In this document: piece by piece, positions 28,440 to 37,899 of the stretch | Numbering within the stretch: position 1 is the stretch's first letter | Layout: each line of letters opens with the position of its first letter | DNA from: a virus | DNA: 64,000 nt | IMG/VR virus record: IMGVR_UViG_3300010885_052266 | Span: 1 to 64,000 of that record | Direction: 5' to 3' (one strand) | Position numbers and translations under genes: made by a program | Notes under the pieces: generated by a model | Databases searched by the model: none | The model's input: the letters and a program-made list of their open reading frames with translations, nothing else | What the model was told of the DNA's origin: nothing

Positions 28440-28712
28440 ATGCGAGAAATTATCTATCGACCCGTCGCGGGGGTGAAATGCCCGGACGGGAAGACCCGAA
28501 CCGTTCGGGCCAGATCCACGATCTACAGCAAGGGCCTGCATCCCGACACCGCCTTCTCCGTGCCTGCCTATGTGCAGGTCTCGGGCAAGACGGTGTCGGG
28601 CTTCATCGCCCCGGCCGATGGTCTTGCGTTCCAGCAGGAACATGGCCCCGAGCTGGAGTTCACCCCCTTCTCGGGGCGCCGCAACCACGACGTGTTCGAG
28701 AAACCCGGTTGA
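28440..28712 (+). CDS. Array gene, hypothetical
   Basis: PDTAFSVPA.V.V.GKTVSGFI; stop in the motif loop. Confidence 0.7.
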   Translation: MREIIYRPVAGVKCPDGKTRTVRARSTIYSKGLHPDTAFSVPAYVQVSGKTVSGFIAPADGLAFQQEHGPELEFTPFSGRRNHDVFEKPG

Positions 28713-28753
28713 TCCGGGTTGCCCGCAATCCCGCGCGGCATGAGTAAATCAAA

Positions 28754-29587
28754 ATGAAACAGAAAGCACCGACCAATCATCAAAAGGCAATCGCCGACGA
28801 GATGAGAAAGGTCAGCGGTCGGCATACCATCTATCAGGTCTTCAACGACTTCGTGGAGATGGCAGCCTTAGCCTTGCGCAACACCTGCGACTTTGCCAAT
28901 CGAGACGCCAGAGAGCGACGCTACCTGGATATCGAAGGCAAATACGAGCGCAAGGACGTGAAAGCCTTCCGAAGAATGATGGGAGAGCTGATCGCGGCTA
29001 TGGAGGCGGGCCCCGAGGATGTCCTCGGGGCCGTGTTCCACGACCTGGAACTGGGCAACAAATACACAGGCCAGTTCTTCACGCCCTACCACGTGTCCTA
29101 CATGATGGCCAAGATGACCATGCACGACCTGAAGGGCCATCCAGCCTTGCAGGAGCCGGGCGGGTTCATCACCGCGGCCGAACCGGCCTGCGGTGCTGGC
29201 GGCATGATTGTCGCCATGGCCCATGCCTGCATGGACGAGGCGGTGAACTTCCAGGAACAGCTGCACGTCATGGCGGTCGATGTCGATCCGCGCTGCGTGC
29301 ACATGTCCTACGTCCAGGCCGCCCTGCTCGGCATTCCGGCGATCATCCACCTGGGGAACTCCCTGACGCTGGATATCCGGGAAGCTTGGCCGACACCGGC
29401 CCACATCACGGGCCTGTGGGCGTACCGCCTCCACCGACGCGGCATCGATGAGGCTGACGCCACCTGGTGGCGTCAGCACACCTTGGCCCAGCGGGCATCC
29501 ATGCTCGCTGAGCACGATGTCGACCTGGGCCAGATCGATGCGCCCCGGCCTCCCAGGGTAATCCTGGAGAGCCGGCAAGCGACATAA
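28754..29587 (+). CDS. N-6 DNA methylase-like protein (short form, no NPPY/F visible)
   Basis: GQFFTPYHVS, EPACGAGGM, VDVD..CVHM, GNSL. Confidence 0.8.
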   Translation: MKQKAPTNHQKAIADEMRKVSGRHTIYQVFNDFVEMAALALRNTCDFANRDARERRYLDIEGKYERKDVKAFRRMMGELIAAMEAGPEDVLGAVFHDLELGNKYTGQFFTPYHVSYMMAKMTMHDLKGHPALQEPGGFITAAEPACGAGGMIVAMAHACMDEAVNFQEQLHVMAVDVDPRCVHMSYVQAALLGIPAIIHLGNSLTLDIREAWPTPAHITGLWAYRLHRRGIDEADATWWRQHTLAQRASMLAEHDVDLGQIDAPRPPRVILESRQAT

Positions 29588-29652
29588 GCCGCCTGACTCC
29601 TGAAACCCGGTTCGCCGGGTAGCTGGCATGACGCCAGCCTTAGGAAATCACA

Positions 29653-30339
29653 ATGAACACAGCAAACGAGACGCGCGCCCTCGTCGAGCAGGTCAAGGCC
29701 GAGGTATTGGCCGCCCTGCCGATAATCGCCATTGGCGACAAGGTCACGCGCTTGATGGAAATGGCCTTCCCCGACTTCAATGAAATGGGAAGGCGCCTGA
29801 TGCCCAACCTTGGCACGATCACCAACGACGTCCTTGCCAAGCACGGTCTGTCCAAGCTGCCGGTCGACACGATGCGCTACCTGAACGGGGCGATTATCGT
29901 GCACAGCCGTGATGAGGTCGACAAGAGCCACCACGTCGCCGTTCAATTCCGCGACCAGATCATGGAAGAGCGGCTCGACATCGCGCTGGGCCTGTCCCCC
30001 TTAACCGTGGGGCCGGCCGAGCTGATGGCCGTCATGCACGAAGCGACGTTCGAAGCTCCCTTGGAGCCTGCCCTTTCCGAACTCTACATGTGGGCCGCGC
30101 GGGCCGCGATCGAACACAAGTCCGGTCAGGTCTACCCCTACGCCAAGGAAAGCAGCGGCGGACCCCGGCGGCTTACCGAGGACGATGTGCTGAACAAGCA
30201 CCCCTGGTGCGACGAATACCGGCAAATCGCCGGCTCGATCCGCAACAAGGTGGTGGCCGAGGCCAAGAGCCGCGAACGGTCCGGGAAACCGGCCCAGACG
30301 GCACCACAAGCCGCGACGGACCTGTTCGCCACGGCTTGA
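29653..30339 (+). CDS. Array gene, hypothetical
   Basis: Motif-derived RBS. Confidence 0.7.
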   Translation: MNTANETRALVEQVKAEVLAALPIIAIGDKVTRLMEMAFPDFNEMGRRLMPNLGTITNDVLAKHGLSKLPVDTMRYLNGAIIVHSRDEVDKSHHVAVQFRDQIMEERLDIALGLSPLTVGPAELMAVMHEATFEAPLEPALSELYMWAARAAIEHKSGQVYPYAKESSGGPRRLTEDDVLNKHPWCDEYRQIAGSIRNKVVAEAKSRERSGKPAQTAPQAATDLFATA

Positions 30340-30437
30340 CGCATTCGATGTGAATCACCACATTATAGTGTGTAGCCACGAAACCCGGCCAGCCCGGGTT
30401 GCTCGCAATCCAGCGGGCCTGAAAACTGGAAACCATC

Positions 30438-30794
30438 ATGCAAGGCATGAAGCTGACAGCCCTGGCTTACCACCGCAACGGCGTGGCGGGCGAGGGATTC
30501 TGGGCCGTCGCGTTCACTTGGCGCAGCGGCCTCCGAAAGCCGATCAACATGGTCGCCACCGTGTTCGAAAGCAACGAACACGACGCAGCCGAGGTCCACC
30601 CCTGCACCGGCCACCTGGCAGTGCTGGATGCGACCCTCGCAGCTCTCGGCTTGGTAAAAGCCAGATGGCGCGGCGACGACTTCGAGCCGCAACTGCGGCA
30701 GTGGATCGCACAGCACCATGCGGCACAGGCGGCCAAGCAGGCGGCCAAGCAGGCGGACAAGCTGGCGAAGGCCGAGAATGACGTCGCCGCCTGA
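30438..30794 (+). CDS. Array gene, hypothetical
   Basis: YHRNGVAGEGF...WRGDDFE. Confidence 0.7.
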   Translation: MQGMKLTALAYHRNGVAGEGFWAVAFTWRSGLRKPINMVATVFESNEHDAAEVHPCTGHLAVLDATLAALGLVKARWRGDDFEPQLRQWIAQHHAAQAAKQAAKQADKLAKAENDVAA

Positions 30795-30852
30795 CTACCG
30801 AAACCCGCCCTGGCGGGTCTGCGGGCATCCCGCCCGCAATGAGGAAATTACA

Positions 30853-31572
30853 ATGAGTTTGTTCGACCAGTTCGCCGCAACCCTGCGGCGAAAGACGGAA
30901 TTCTCAGAGGCGTCATGGGAGATCGGCGGCAAGCTTGAATTGCTGCTGTTCGATGACGCGATCTCCGAAGCCAAAAGGCGTTTTCCAAAACGTCGGATCG
31001 GCACGGGACGCGATGGGTGGATAAAGGCCCAGAACGTCCTGCCCCCGGAGGTCTACGCCGCCATCAAGGCACCACTCGAATTAAGGTTCGAGAAGTGGCG
31101 GGAGGACCGGCAGCAAAAACTGGATGAGTTTGACGCCCTGTTGAAGATCCTGGCCGGTCCAGCCGAAATCCCCAAGACCGAGGAGCCTTTCTGTGCCCGG
31201 ACCATATCGGGGACAGATTTCGGCAGCCAGGGCTCCGGCGCCAACAAATACGCGAGCGGTATGGCGGAATCCATCGCCGATGACGCGCGCTTCGTTGGCC
31301 TGTCAGCTGAGGTCAAATCCCGGGTGTATCTCACTACAACGGGGAGCTGGCCGCAGACGTACATGTCCTACGACGTGTTCGTGAACACGACCCCCGACGG
31401 TTGGGCCGCTGCCATGATGAAGCCCCGCATAGAGATGCGGGAGGTCATCCGGCTTTGCTGGAAGCGGGGCGTAAACCCCCGCGTCTACTACCCGTTTCTC
31501 CCGTACGACTATGAGGAAAAGCAGGGCATCGGCCATTTCGGAGATGATCTCAACGAACGCGCCGCAGCCTGA
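30853..31572 (+). CDS. Array gene, hypothetical
   Basis: Bounded by motifs. Confidence 0.7.
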   Translation: MSLFDQFAATLRRKTEFSEASWEIGGKLELLLFDDAISEAKRRFPKRRIGTGRDGWIKAQNVLPPEVYAAIKAPLELRFEKWREDRQQKLDEFDALLKILAGPAEIPKTEEPFCARTISGTDFGSQGSGANKYASGMAESIADDARFVGLSAEVKSRVYLTTTGSWPQTYMSYDVFVNTTPDGWAAAMMKPRIEMREVIRLCWKRGVNPRVYYPFLPYDYEEKQGIGHFGDDLNERAAA

Positions 31573-31628
31573 ACCCGAAACCCGGTTGATCCGGGTCCCT
31601 GGACTCCTTCCAGGATGAGGAAATCAAC

Positions 31629-31982
31629 ATGATGAAAACGACTGCCAGCGCACGCGGGAAGGCGGCACCACCGCCGGAAGACGCCCCGATCGTGACGCGA
31701 GACGACCTTACGCTCCTGGGCATGATGAACCTGCGAGTCATGTGCTTTCGGCCCGAAACCGTCGGCAACGTCGGTGTCCCGAGGGACATAATCGGCCTGG
31801 ACGGCAATACTGCCATCCTTTGGCGGTCCGCGAGCGAGTCCCGCTACGAATTTGACGGTTGGGCCCCCTGGCACGACGGGATGAACGGCGGGCACAGAAA
31901 GACGCTCGCCTCAGCCCTCCACTGGGTCCAGCGCGCGAGAGATATCCGGGCCGGCTCGGCCACGGACTTCCGCGGCTGCTGA
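31629..31982 (+). CDS. Array gene, hypothetical
   Basis: Bounded by motifs. Confidence 0.65.
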   Translation: MMKTTASARGKAAPPPEDAPIVTRDDLTLLGMMNLRVMCFRPETVGNVGVPRDIIGLDGNTAILWRSASESRYEFDGWAPWHDGMNGGHRKTLASALHWVQRARDIRAGSATDFRGC

Positions 31983-32037
31983 CCGCACTGAAACCCGCCC
32001 AGCGGGTCGGCCCATCCCGGGCCATGAGGAAATCAAC

Positions 32038-32322
32038 ATGAGCAAACCAAACCCTGATCCGTTCGCCATCGGCCTGGACATCGACGATTTGTTGATCGGC
32101 TATCGCGCGGTGCACGAACTGGTTAATGCTGCGAACGTCATGGCCAACCGGCTTGGCACGCGCAGCCCCTTTGTGCGCCTGCTGCAAGCCACCGCCGAGA
32201 TGCTCGACGAGGTCCTGCAGCCGGAATCGACGCATGAGCAAGTCAAGCACATCCGGGACCGCCTCCAAGGCGAACGCGCCGCTCTGACCGCTATCTACGG
32301 TCCACTCAGCGAGGCGCGATGA
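32038..32322 (+). CDS. Array gene, hypothetical
   Basis: Motif-derived RBS. Confidence 0.65.
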   Translation: MSKPNPDPFAIGLDIDDLLIGYRAVHELVNAANVMANRLGTRSPFVRLLQATAEMLDEVLQPESTHEQVKHIRDRLQGERAALTAIYGPLSEAR

Positions 32323-32582
32323 TCATGAATCGTCGCCCCCCGATCTGCGAGCTGGTCGGTCGCAACGTGCGGCAGGCGCGGGTGAGTCGCTCAATGTCGC
32401 TGACTAGTCTGTCGGCCGCCTCCCGAATCTCCCGGTCCTACATCATCAGCCTGGAGCATGGACGCCGAAACCCCAGCCTGTTCATTCTTGACAACTTGGC
32501 CAAAGCCCTAGGGGTCGAGACGCGCGATCTGCTCGCGCCTGAGAAACCCGGTTTATCCGGGTCGCCGCCTTCTGCGGCATGA
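32319..32582 (+). CDS. XRE-family HTH regulator
   Basis: VGRNVRQAR...SRSYIISLEHGRRNPSL..L.NLAKALGV; reads through motif 32543. Confidence 0.85.
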   Translation: MIMNRRPPICELVGRNVRQARVSRSMSLTSLSAASRISRSYIISLEHGRRNPSLFILDNLAKALGVETRDLLAPEKPGLSGSPPSAA

Positions 32583-32592
32583 GGAAATCAAC

Positions 32593-33147
32593 ATGCTCTC
32601 AACACGAGAACCCCCCGTGCGACCCGCGACCCTCGCGGAGGAATTCGCACTTGAGATGAAGTTCCGCCCTACCCACGTCATCACCGAGTCCGGCATCGAG
32701 CCAATCACGGCGGTGCCCGTCGCTCCCGACCCAGTGCAGATCGCGCTGATGGAGGAGCCGGACGTGCTGGTGACGGGGGCGATGTGGTCGGCGGCCGGCA
32801 TGGCCGGACAGATCGACATCCTGGCCGCGGTCGGCCTGCCCGCCGACCTGGTCGGAGCCGGAGACGTCTTGGATGTGTTTACCGAGCAGACCAGACTTTG
32901 GCTGCGCGGCTGGCAGATGCAGGTCAACACCGGCTCTTGCTGGGGCACCAGTGGCAGCATCGGCCGCCAGGCCAACGATCTGATCCAGGCAGGCTACCTG
33001 CTTTGGTCCAACGACCCGGTCAAAGACTGGGCCGGCTATGACCTGCCGACCCGGACCAGCGTGATGTCCGGCACTCCGGGCAGCGCGGCGTACGTCAATC
33101 TGATGAACGGCCCGCGCTACCTGACGTGGATATCGGTCATCCGGTGA
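32593..33147 (+). CDS. Array gene, hypothetical
   Basis: WQ..VNTG.CW...GSIGR.A..LI..G pattern. Confidence 0.7.
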   Translation: MLSTREPPVRPATLAEEFALEMKFRPTHVITESGIEPITAVPVAPDPVQIALMEEPDVLVTGAMWSAAGMAGQIDILAAVGLPADLVGAGDVLDVFTEQTRLWLRGWQMQVNTGSCWGTSGSIGRQANDLIQAGYLLWSNDPVKDWAGYDLPTRTSVMSGTPGSAAYVNLMNGPRYLTWISVIR

Positions 33148-33201
33148 CCCACGAAACCCGCTCCGGCGGGTCGCCCGTATCCCACGGGCATGAGGACTGA
33201 A

Positions 33202-33477
33202 ATGACAATCAGATCAATCACCATGGACGAGCTTCTCGCGAAGTTCGATCATTGCACGCGCCCGGCTATCCAGATGCTGCCGAGGAAGCAACCCACGGCG
33301 ACCCACATCGCCCTGTTCGAGAACCTCCAGGCGGACAGCAGCGCGCTCGGCGCACGCACAGCCGTGCTGGTCGGACCGGACAACACCTTCAAAACCCTGG
33401 AGGAGATCGACGGTCGGCACCTGGGCGACCTGCCCAGCCAGCGCCAATACGCCGTCGCCGCAGTGGCTCTGACATAG
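33202..33477 (+). CDS. Array gene, hypothetical
   Basis: Bounded by motifs. Confidence 0.65.
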   Translation: MTIRSITMDELLAKFDHCTRPAIQMLPRKQPTATHIALFENLQADSSALGARTAVLVGPDNTFKTLEEIDGRHLGDLPSQRQYAVAAVALT

Positions 33478-33530
33478 CCACGAAACCCGCCCCGGCGGGT
33501 CGGCCCATAACGGGCTATGAGGAAATCACC

Positions 33531-33938
33531 ATGACATCGAGAGTTTTGATCAACGAGGCGTCACAAGCCTCCACACTCGACCCGGCGTTCACCCTTGAAG
33601 GGAGGAGCGTCGGCGACATCCTCAAGGATGTGAACGCGGCCATGCAAGCGGCCGGGATCGAGGCGGAGGAGTATGACTTCAGCGACATGACCAGATACCT
33701 CGACGCCGCAAATCGGGGGTGGCCCACCATACCAGCATGGGTCGCCTGCTTTCCCGTCTGCGGTACCAACGAGGGGTTTTACGTCCACATTGAGCTGATC
33801 TTCCGGCAGGAGATCCCCAATCTCCAACGCCGTCTGATCGGACTGGCGAAGTGCTACACCTGGGAGAACGCCCTGCAGATGGCCGCCTTTGCCGCGACCA
33901 TCTTCGAGGGAAAAGACTCCTGGAGGTATCGGACATAG
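33531..33938 (+). CDS. Array gene, hypothetical
   Basis: GTNEGFYVHI; bounded by motifs. Confidence 0.7.
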   Translation: MTSRVLINEASQASTLDPAFTLEGRSVGDILKDVNAAMQAAGIEAEEYDFSDMTRYLDAANRGWPTIPAWVACFPVCGTNEGFYVHIELIFRQEIPNLQRRLIGLAKCYTWENALQMAAFAATIFEGKDSWRYRT

Positions 33939-33996
33939 ATCCCGAAACCCGCTCCGGCGGGTCCGCAGGCATACCGCCTGCACTGAGGAAATCACC

Positions 33997-34359
33997 ATGA
34001 TCCCGAAACCCATCTTTCGAACCCCCAACCGGTTCGAGAACGCACTCATGATTCAATCGGGCGCCTGCAACGGCGCTGCGATCGCCGGCTCGCTGCATCA
34101 GGCGTACCGGGAGGCGCGGGAAGAATACCGCGACACCGACCGGACGAACCGAGACCCTGCGGTGCAGATGATCCTGCACCAACTGTGCCACCTGGGCCGC
34201 ATCTCGACGGACGACTACTCCCATCCGAGTGGTTTCCGCTACGATCGGGCCTACCGCGAGTGCGTGGATCGCTGCCAGTCCTACAGGACGCTGGTCCTGC
34301 TCGGCGAAGCCGACCGGGCTTGCATCTTTGTGTGCGACTCACCACATTACGATGTGTGA
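33997..34359 (+). CDS. Array gene, hypothetical
   Basis: Bounded by identical motifs. Confidence 0.7.
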   Translation: MIPKPIFRTPNRFENALMIQSGACNGAAIAGSLHQAYREAREEYRDTDRTNRDPAVQMILHQLCHLGRISTDDYSHPSGFRYDRAYRECVDRCQSYRTLVLLGEADRACIFVCDSPHYDV

Positions 34360-34412
34360 GAAACCCGCTCCGGCGGGTCCGCAGGCATACCGCCTGCACT
34401 GAGGAAATCACC

Positions 34413-34832
34413 ATGAACCATCGAATCGTTATCACCGACCCGCTCAGGGTGCGGGCCATGATCCAGTATGCTCGCCAGCACCGCTGCGAGGAAAAGCTCG
34501 GCATGGCGCTGATCCGCCTCCTGGAGGTGGCAACCATCGGTATGATGAAGCCCTACGCCGGCAGCGACGCTGACAACCCGAAATTCAAGCTGGAGCCGAC
34601 CGACGTTCCGATCACGGCTGTGATCGGCGCTGACCATGCTCCCATGTCGCTCGGTTTCGCGCTGTTCCGTGGCGCTGACACGCCCCAGGTTCCGTTCGGA
34701 AAATACGACGTCACCTGGGCCGGCGGCTTCATCTACGAAGGTCCGCGCCAGCCTCTCAACGGCTCGGCACCGGCGCTGACGGTCAACATCGGCGGCGACT
34801 CCAGCCAGCATAGCTGGTCGGTGCACACGTGA
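34413..34832 (+). CDS. Array gene, hypothetical
   Basis: D.AP.S.GF, GGFIY.G, WSVHT pattern. Confidence 0.7.
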   Translation: MNHRIVITDPLRVRAMIQYARQHRCEEKLGMALIRLLEVATIGMMKPYAGSDADNPKFKLEPTDVPITAVIGADHAPMSLGFALFRGADTPQVPFGKYDVTWAGGFIYEGPRQPLNGSAPALTVNIGGDSSQHSWSVHT

Positions 34833-35044
34833 TGCCGACCTGCCTCTCTGCGGCCGAGCAGGCTCTCCAGCTGAAAGAGGCCGGTGAGCGCCTCGTGCTT
34901 GCGTTGAGAGCGCAACGCGCCGCTTACAACGCGTGGCAAGCCGCCCCGGCTGGACCAGGCTGGGTCCCAGCTCTGGAAGCCTACGACGCGGCCAACAAAG
35001 GCGTCGATGACGCCCAACTCGCCGTGGACGCGCTCCACGTCTGA
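34829..35044 (+). CDS. Array gene, hypothetical (coupled, no motif upstream)
   Basis: GTGA overlap. Confidence 0.55.
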   Translation: MMPTCLSAAEQALQLKEAGERLVLALRAQRAAYNAWQAAPAGPGWVPALEAYDAANKGVDDAQLAVDALHV

Positions 35045-35101
35045 ACACGAAACCCGCTCCGGCGGGTCCGTAGGCATACCGCCTGCACTGAGGAAATCAC
35101 C

Positions 35102-35389
35102 ATGACAGAATCCGAAACAATCCAGCGGACCGTCTTGGTCCGACTGAAACGCAAAGTGATCACATATCAGCACCAAGACGTTGAACTGAAGTTCACCGAC
35201 GCTGATGTGCGGGAGGTCCGGCAGATCCCGGACGGCGAGCGAATCTGGGCCGACGAAATAGAGTTTTACGCTTTCGAGGTTGCCGAACTCCTGGATAAGC
35301 CCGATCAATGGGTCGAAACCCGGCCGGAAGCGTTCGAAGAACTCGACTCCGAGATCGAGGACGCCGATCCGCCGCTCCCGACCGAATGA
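35102..35389 (+). CDS. Acidic hypothetical protein, paralog A
   Basis: Clearly similar to 35439..35747. Confidence 0.75.
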   Translation: MTESETIQRTVLVRLKRKVITYQHQDVELKFTDADVREVRQIPDGERIWADEIEFYAFEVAELLDKPDQWVETRPEAFEELDSEIEDADPPLPTE

Positions 35390-35438
35390 AACCGCCCACC
35401 GGGCGGTCGCCTGCATCCCGCAGGCATGAGGACTTACC

Positions 35439-35747
35439 ATGACTGACCAAACACCAGTCGGCGGCCGCAGCGAGCACATTGAACGGACTGTTACGGTTCG
35501 GCTCAAGCGGAAAATCACCCGCTATCAGCACCAGTACGTCGAACTGAGGTTCACCGATGACACGGTTCGTGGAGCGTGGCAGATCCCACCTGGCACGCCT
35601 GTCTCGGCCAACGAAATCGAGGCTTACGCCTGTGAAGAGGCTGAAACGATGGACGTGTTCGATAAGTGGGTCGAGACGAACCCGGACTCGTTCGAAGAAC
35701 TCGACTCCGAGATCGATGATGCCGATCCGCCCCTCCCGAAGGACTGA
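35439..35747 (+). CDS. Acidic hypothetical protein, paralog B
   Basis: Shares RLKRK..YQHQ.VEL.FTD and FEELDSEI.DADPPLP with paralog A. Confidence 0.75.
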   Translation: MTDQTPVGGRSEHIERTVTVRLKRKITRYQHQYVELRFTDDTVRGAWQIPPGTPVSANEIEAYACEEAETMDVFDKWVETNPDSFEELDSEIDDADPPLPKD

Positions 35748-35799
35748 AACCCGCTCCGGCGGGTCCGCAGGCATTCCCGCCTGCGATGAGGAAATCAGC

Positions 35800-36168
35800 A
35801 TGATCACAGGTGTTCACGAGATCACACCGGCCACCTCCGAGATTGTCGACGCCGCAGCCGACGTCGTGCGGATCCACGATTACAATCCGCACGAGACCCC
35901 GCCGATTCTGCTCGCCATCAGCGAGTCAAGGAGCGACGAGGAGACCGCGGCCTTGGGCAGAGCGTTCCTTGCTCGTTACGCAAATAGCAGGCTCCCGTCC
36001 TATAAAACCGCCGTGACCCGCATCCAGTGGGCACTGGTGGCACATGGACCCGTCAAGCCAATGGCCGATCCGGATATCGACGAGGCGTTGGCGCTTGCTG
36101 AGCGCCCTCTGGATACCCCGTCGCTCGATACATCCTTCCACGACCACGAAATGAACGTGGATTGCTGA
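35800..36168 (+). CDS. Array gene, hypothetical
   Basis: Bounded by motifs. Confidence 0.6.
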   Translation: MITGVHEITPATSEIVDAAADVVRIHDYNPHETPPILLAISESRSDEETAALGRAFLARYANSRLPSYKTAVTRIQWALVAHGPVKPMADPDIDEALALAERPLDTPSLDTSFHDHEMNVDC

Positions 36169-36245
36169 TCGGGCCCGAACGGAGCGCCACCAATGAAACC
36201 GCCCACCAGGCGGTCGCCTGCATCCCGCAGGCATGAGGACTTACC

Positions 36246-37466
36246 ATGAACGTAATGACCAAACCGATCCTCGATGACGACGCCACGGTTGGCGTGCGCA
36301 AGGTCGACGCGACCCGCGGGCAGAACCGCGGCGAGGTGTCGTCACAATGGTTCCGGCGCGGCGACGATGAGCGATTCCTGTCGCTCACGGAGCTGATGGA
36401 ATTCGTGTCGCGCCGCCGCGACGCGTCGATCGAGGAGAAAATCAAAGCCGGCCAGATGCGCTTCCAGGGCTCCGAGGAGGAGACGGAGGTGCTGAAGGCA
36501 TTTCTGCCCGATGGCCGGCCCATCCAGCCCACCCATCATTCCTTCGGCCAGTTGTGCCAGTTGGGGAAGATGGGCCGGGCCACCGAGGTTTTCCGGTCCC
36601 AGCCGAGCTGGCTGGCCGGGCTGAACCTCAGCTACGGCCTGTCCCGCAACGTGCGGGACGAGCCGGTCAAGGTCTACGCCGACGGCGAGAAGATGATTCT
36701 TCGCGCCGCCACCGGTCCTGATTACGGCCGGATCTTCGACGCGACGCTGGTCGAGTCCGTGATGAAATTCGCGGGCAACGGCACCAGCGATTCGCGCTGG
36801 AAGGTTCCGGGCGTGATGAACTGGTCCGATTCGACCTATAATCCCTACGTGGACGTGACCAAGGAGACCACAACCTTGTTCGCGTCCGACCGGGACGTCT
36901 TTGTCTTTCTGTGCGACGACACGCACCCCATTGAAATTGGCAAACTCGACAACGGCGATCCCGACCTTATTTTTCGCGGTTTCTACTGTTGGAACAGCGA
37001 AGTCGGGACCCGCTCGCTCGGTATCGCGACCTTCTGGTTGCGGGGCGTTTGCCAGAATCGCAACCTTTGGGGAGTCGAGGACTTCGACACCTTGCGGATC
37101 GTGCACACCAAGTACGGCAACGATCGCTTCGTTCGCGAGGCGGCGCCGGCGCTTGAGCGTTATGCCACCAGCGAGCCCACCAAGCTCCTGGCCGGCATCA
37201 ATGCAGCGAAGAACGCCAAGGTGGCGAAGGATGATGAGGAGCGCACCAAGTTCCTCACATCCGACGCACTCGGCTTTTCCTTCAAGCGTGCGCAGCAGAT
37301 CATCGAGACCTGCGAGCGCGAGGACGGACGCAAACCCGAGACAGCGTGGGACATGGTCAACGGCATTACCGCCGTTGCTCGGACCATTCCGCAACAGGAC
37401 CTGCGCCTGGATGTCGAGAAAGTCGCATCCAAGCTGATGGACCGGGCCGCGCGCAACGCGGCTTGA
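36246..37466 (+). CDS. DUF932-like protein (alphaproteobacterial plasmid/phage type)
   Basis: SSQWF.R.DDERFLSL, LRAATGPDYGRI, ASDRDVFVFL, FRGFY.WNSEVG, VCQNRNLWG. Confidence 0.75.
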   Translation: MNVMTKPILDDDATVGVRKVDATRGQNRGEVSSQWFRRGDDERFLSLTELMEFVSRRRDASIEEKIKAGQMRFQGSEEETEVLKAFLPDGRPIQPTHHSFGQLCQLGKMGRATEVFRSQPSWLAGLNLSYGLSRNVRDEPVKVYADGEKMILRAATGPDYGRIFDATLVESVMKFAGNGTSDSRWKVPGVMNWSDSTYNPYVDVTKETTTLFASDRDVFVFLCDDTHPIEIGKLDNGDPDLIFRGFYCWNSEVGTRSLGIATFWLRGVCQNRNLWGVEDFDTLRIVHTKYGNDRFVREAAPALERYATSEPTKLLAGINAAKNAKVAKDDEERTKFLTSDALGFSFKRAQQIIETCEREDGRKPETAWDMVNGITAVARTIPQQDLRLDVEKVASKLMDRAARNAA

Positions 37467-37523
37467 CCACCTGAAACCCGCTCCGGCGGGTCGCTGGCAT
37501 TCACGCCAGCATGAGGAGACAAT

Positions 37524-37850
37524 ATGCCCCACACTCCAGGCCCTTGGGCCGCTGGCGCATCTCTGATCACGAATTGGTCCCAGGAGCGGCAGGACAAGCG
37601 AAACACCGAGGGTAGAACGCGCACCGTTGAGATCGCGCTTGTCCGTGAACCCTTACGCATCGCGCGTAACGGTCCCGACACCATGGGCGAATACGAGGCC
37701 AACGTGCGGCTGATCACGGCCGCGCCTGACCTGCTGGAAGCACTGCGTGCCATCGTGCATCAGGTGCTGCAGGGCTCAGTCCTGGAACGTGATGCTTGCC
37801 TACGACAGGCCCAAGAAGCCATCGCCAAGGCGACCATGAAACCCGGCTGA
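37524..37850 (+). CDS. Phage protein of the HTPGPW...ANxRLIxAAPDLLEAL type
   Basis: Signature motifs; stop in the motif loop. Confidence 0.75.
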   Translation: MPHTPGPWAAGASLITNWSQERQDKRNTEGRTRTVEIALVREPLRIARNGPDTMGEYEANVRLITAAPDLLEALRAIVHQVLQGSVLERDACLRQAQEAIAKATMKPG

Positions 37851-37899
37851 GCCGGGTCGCGCCGCCACACCGCGGCGCCTGAAAAGGATACTCACATAA

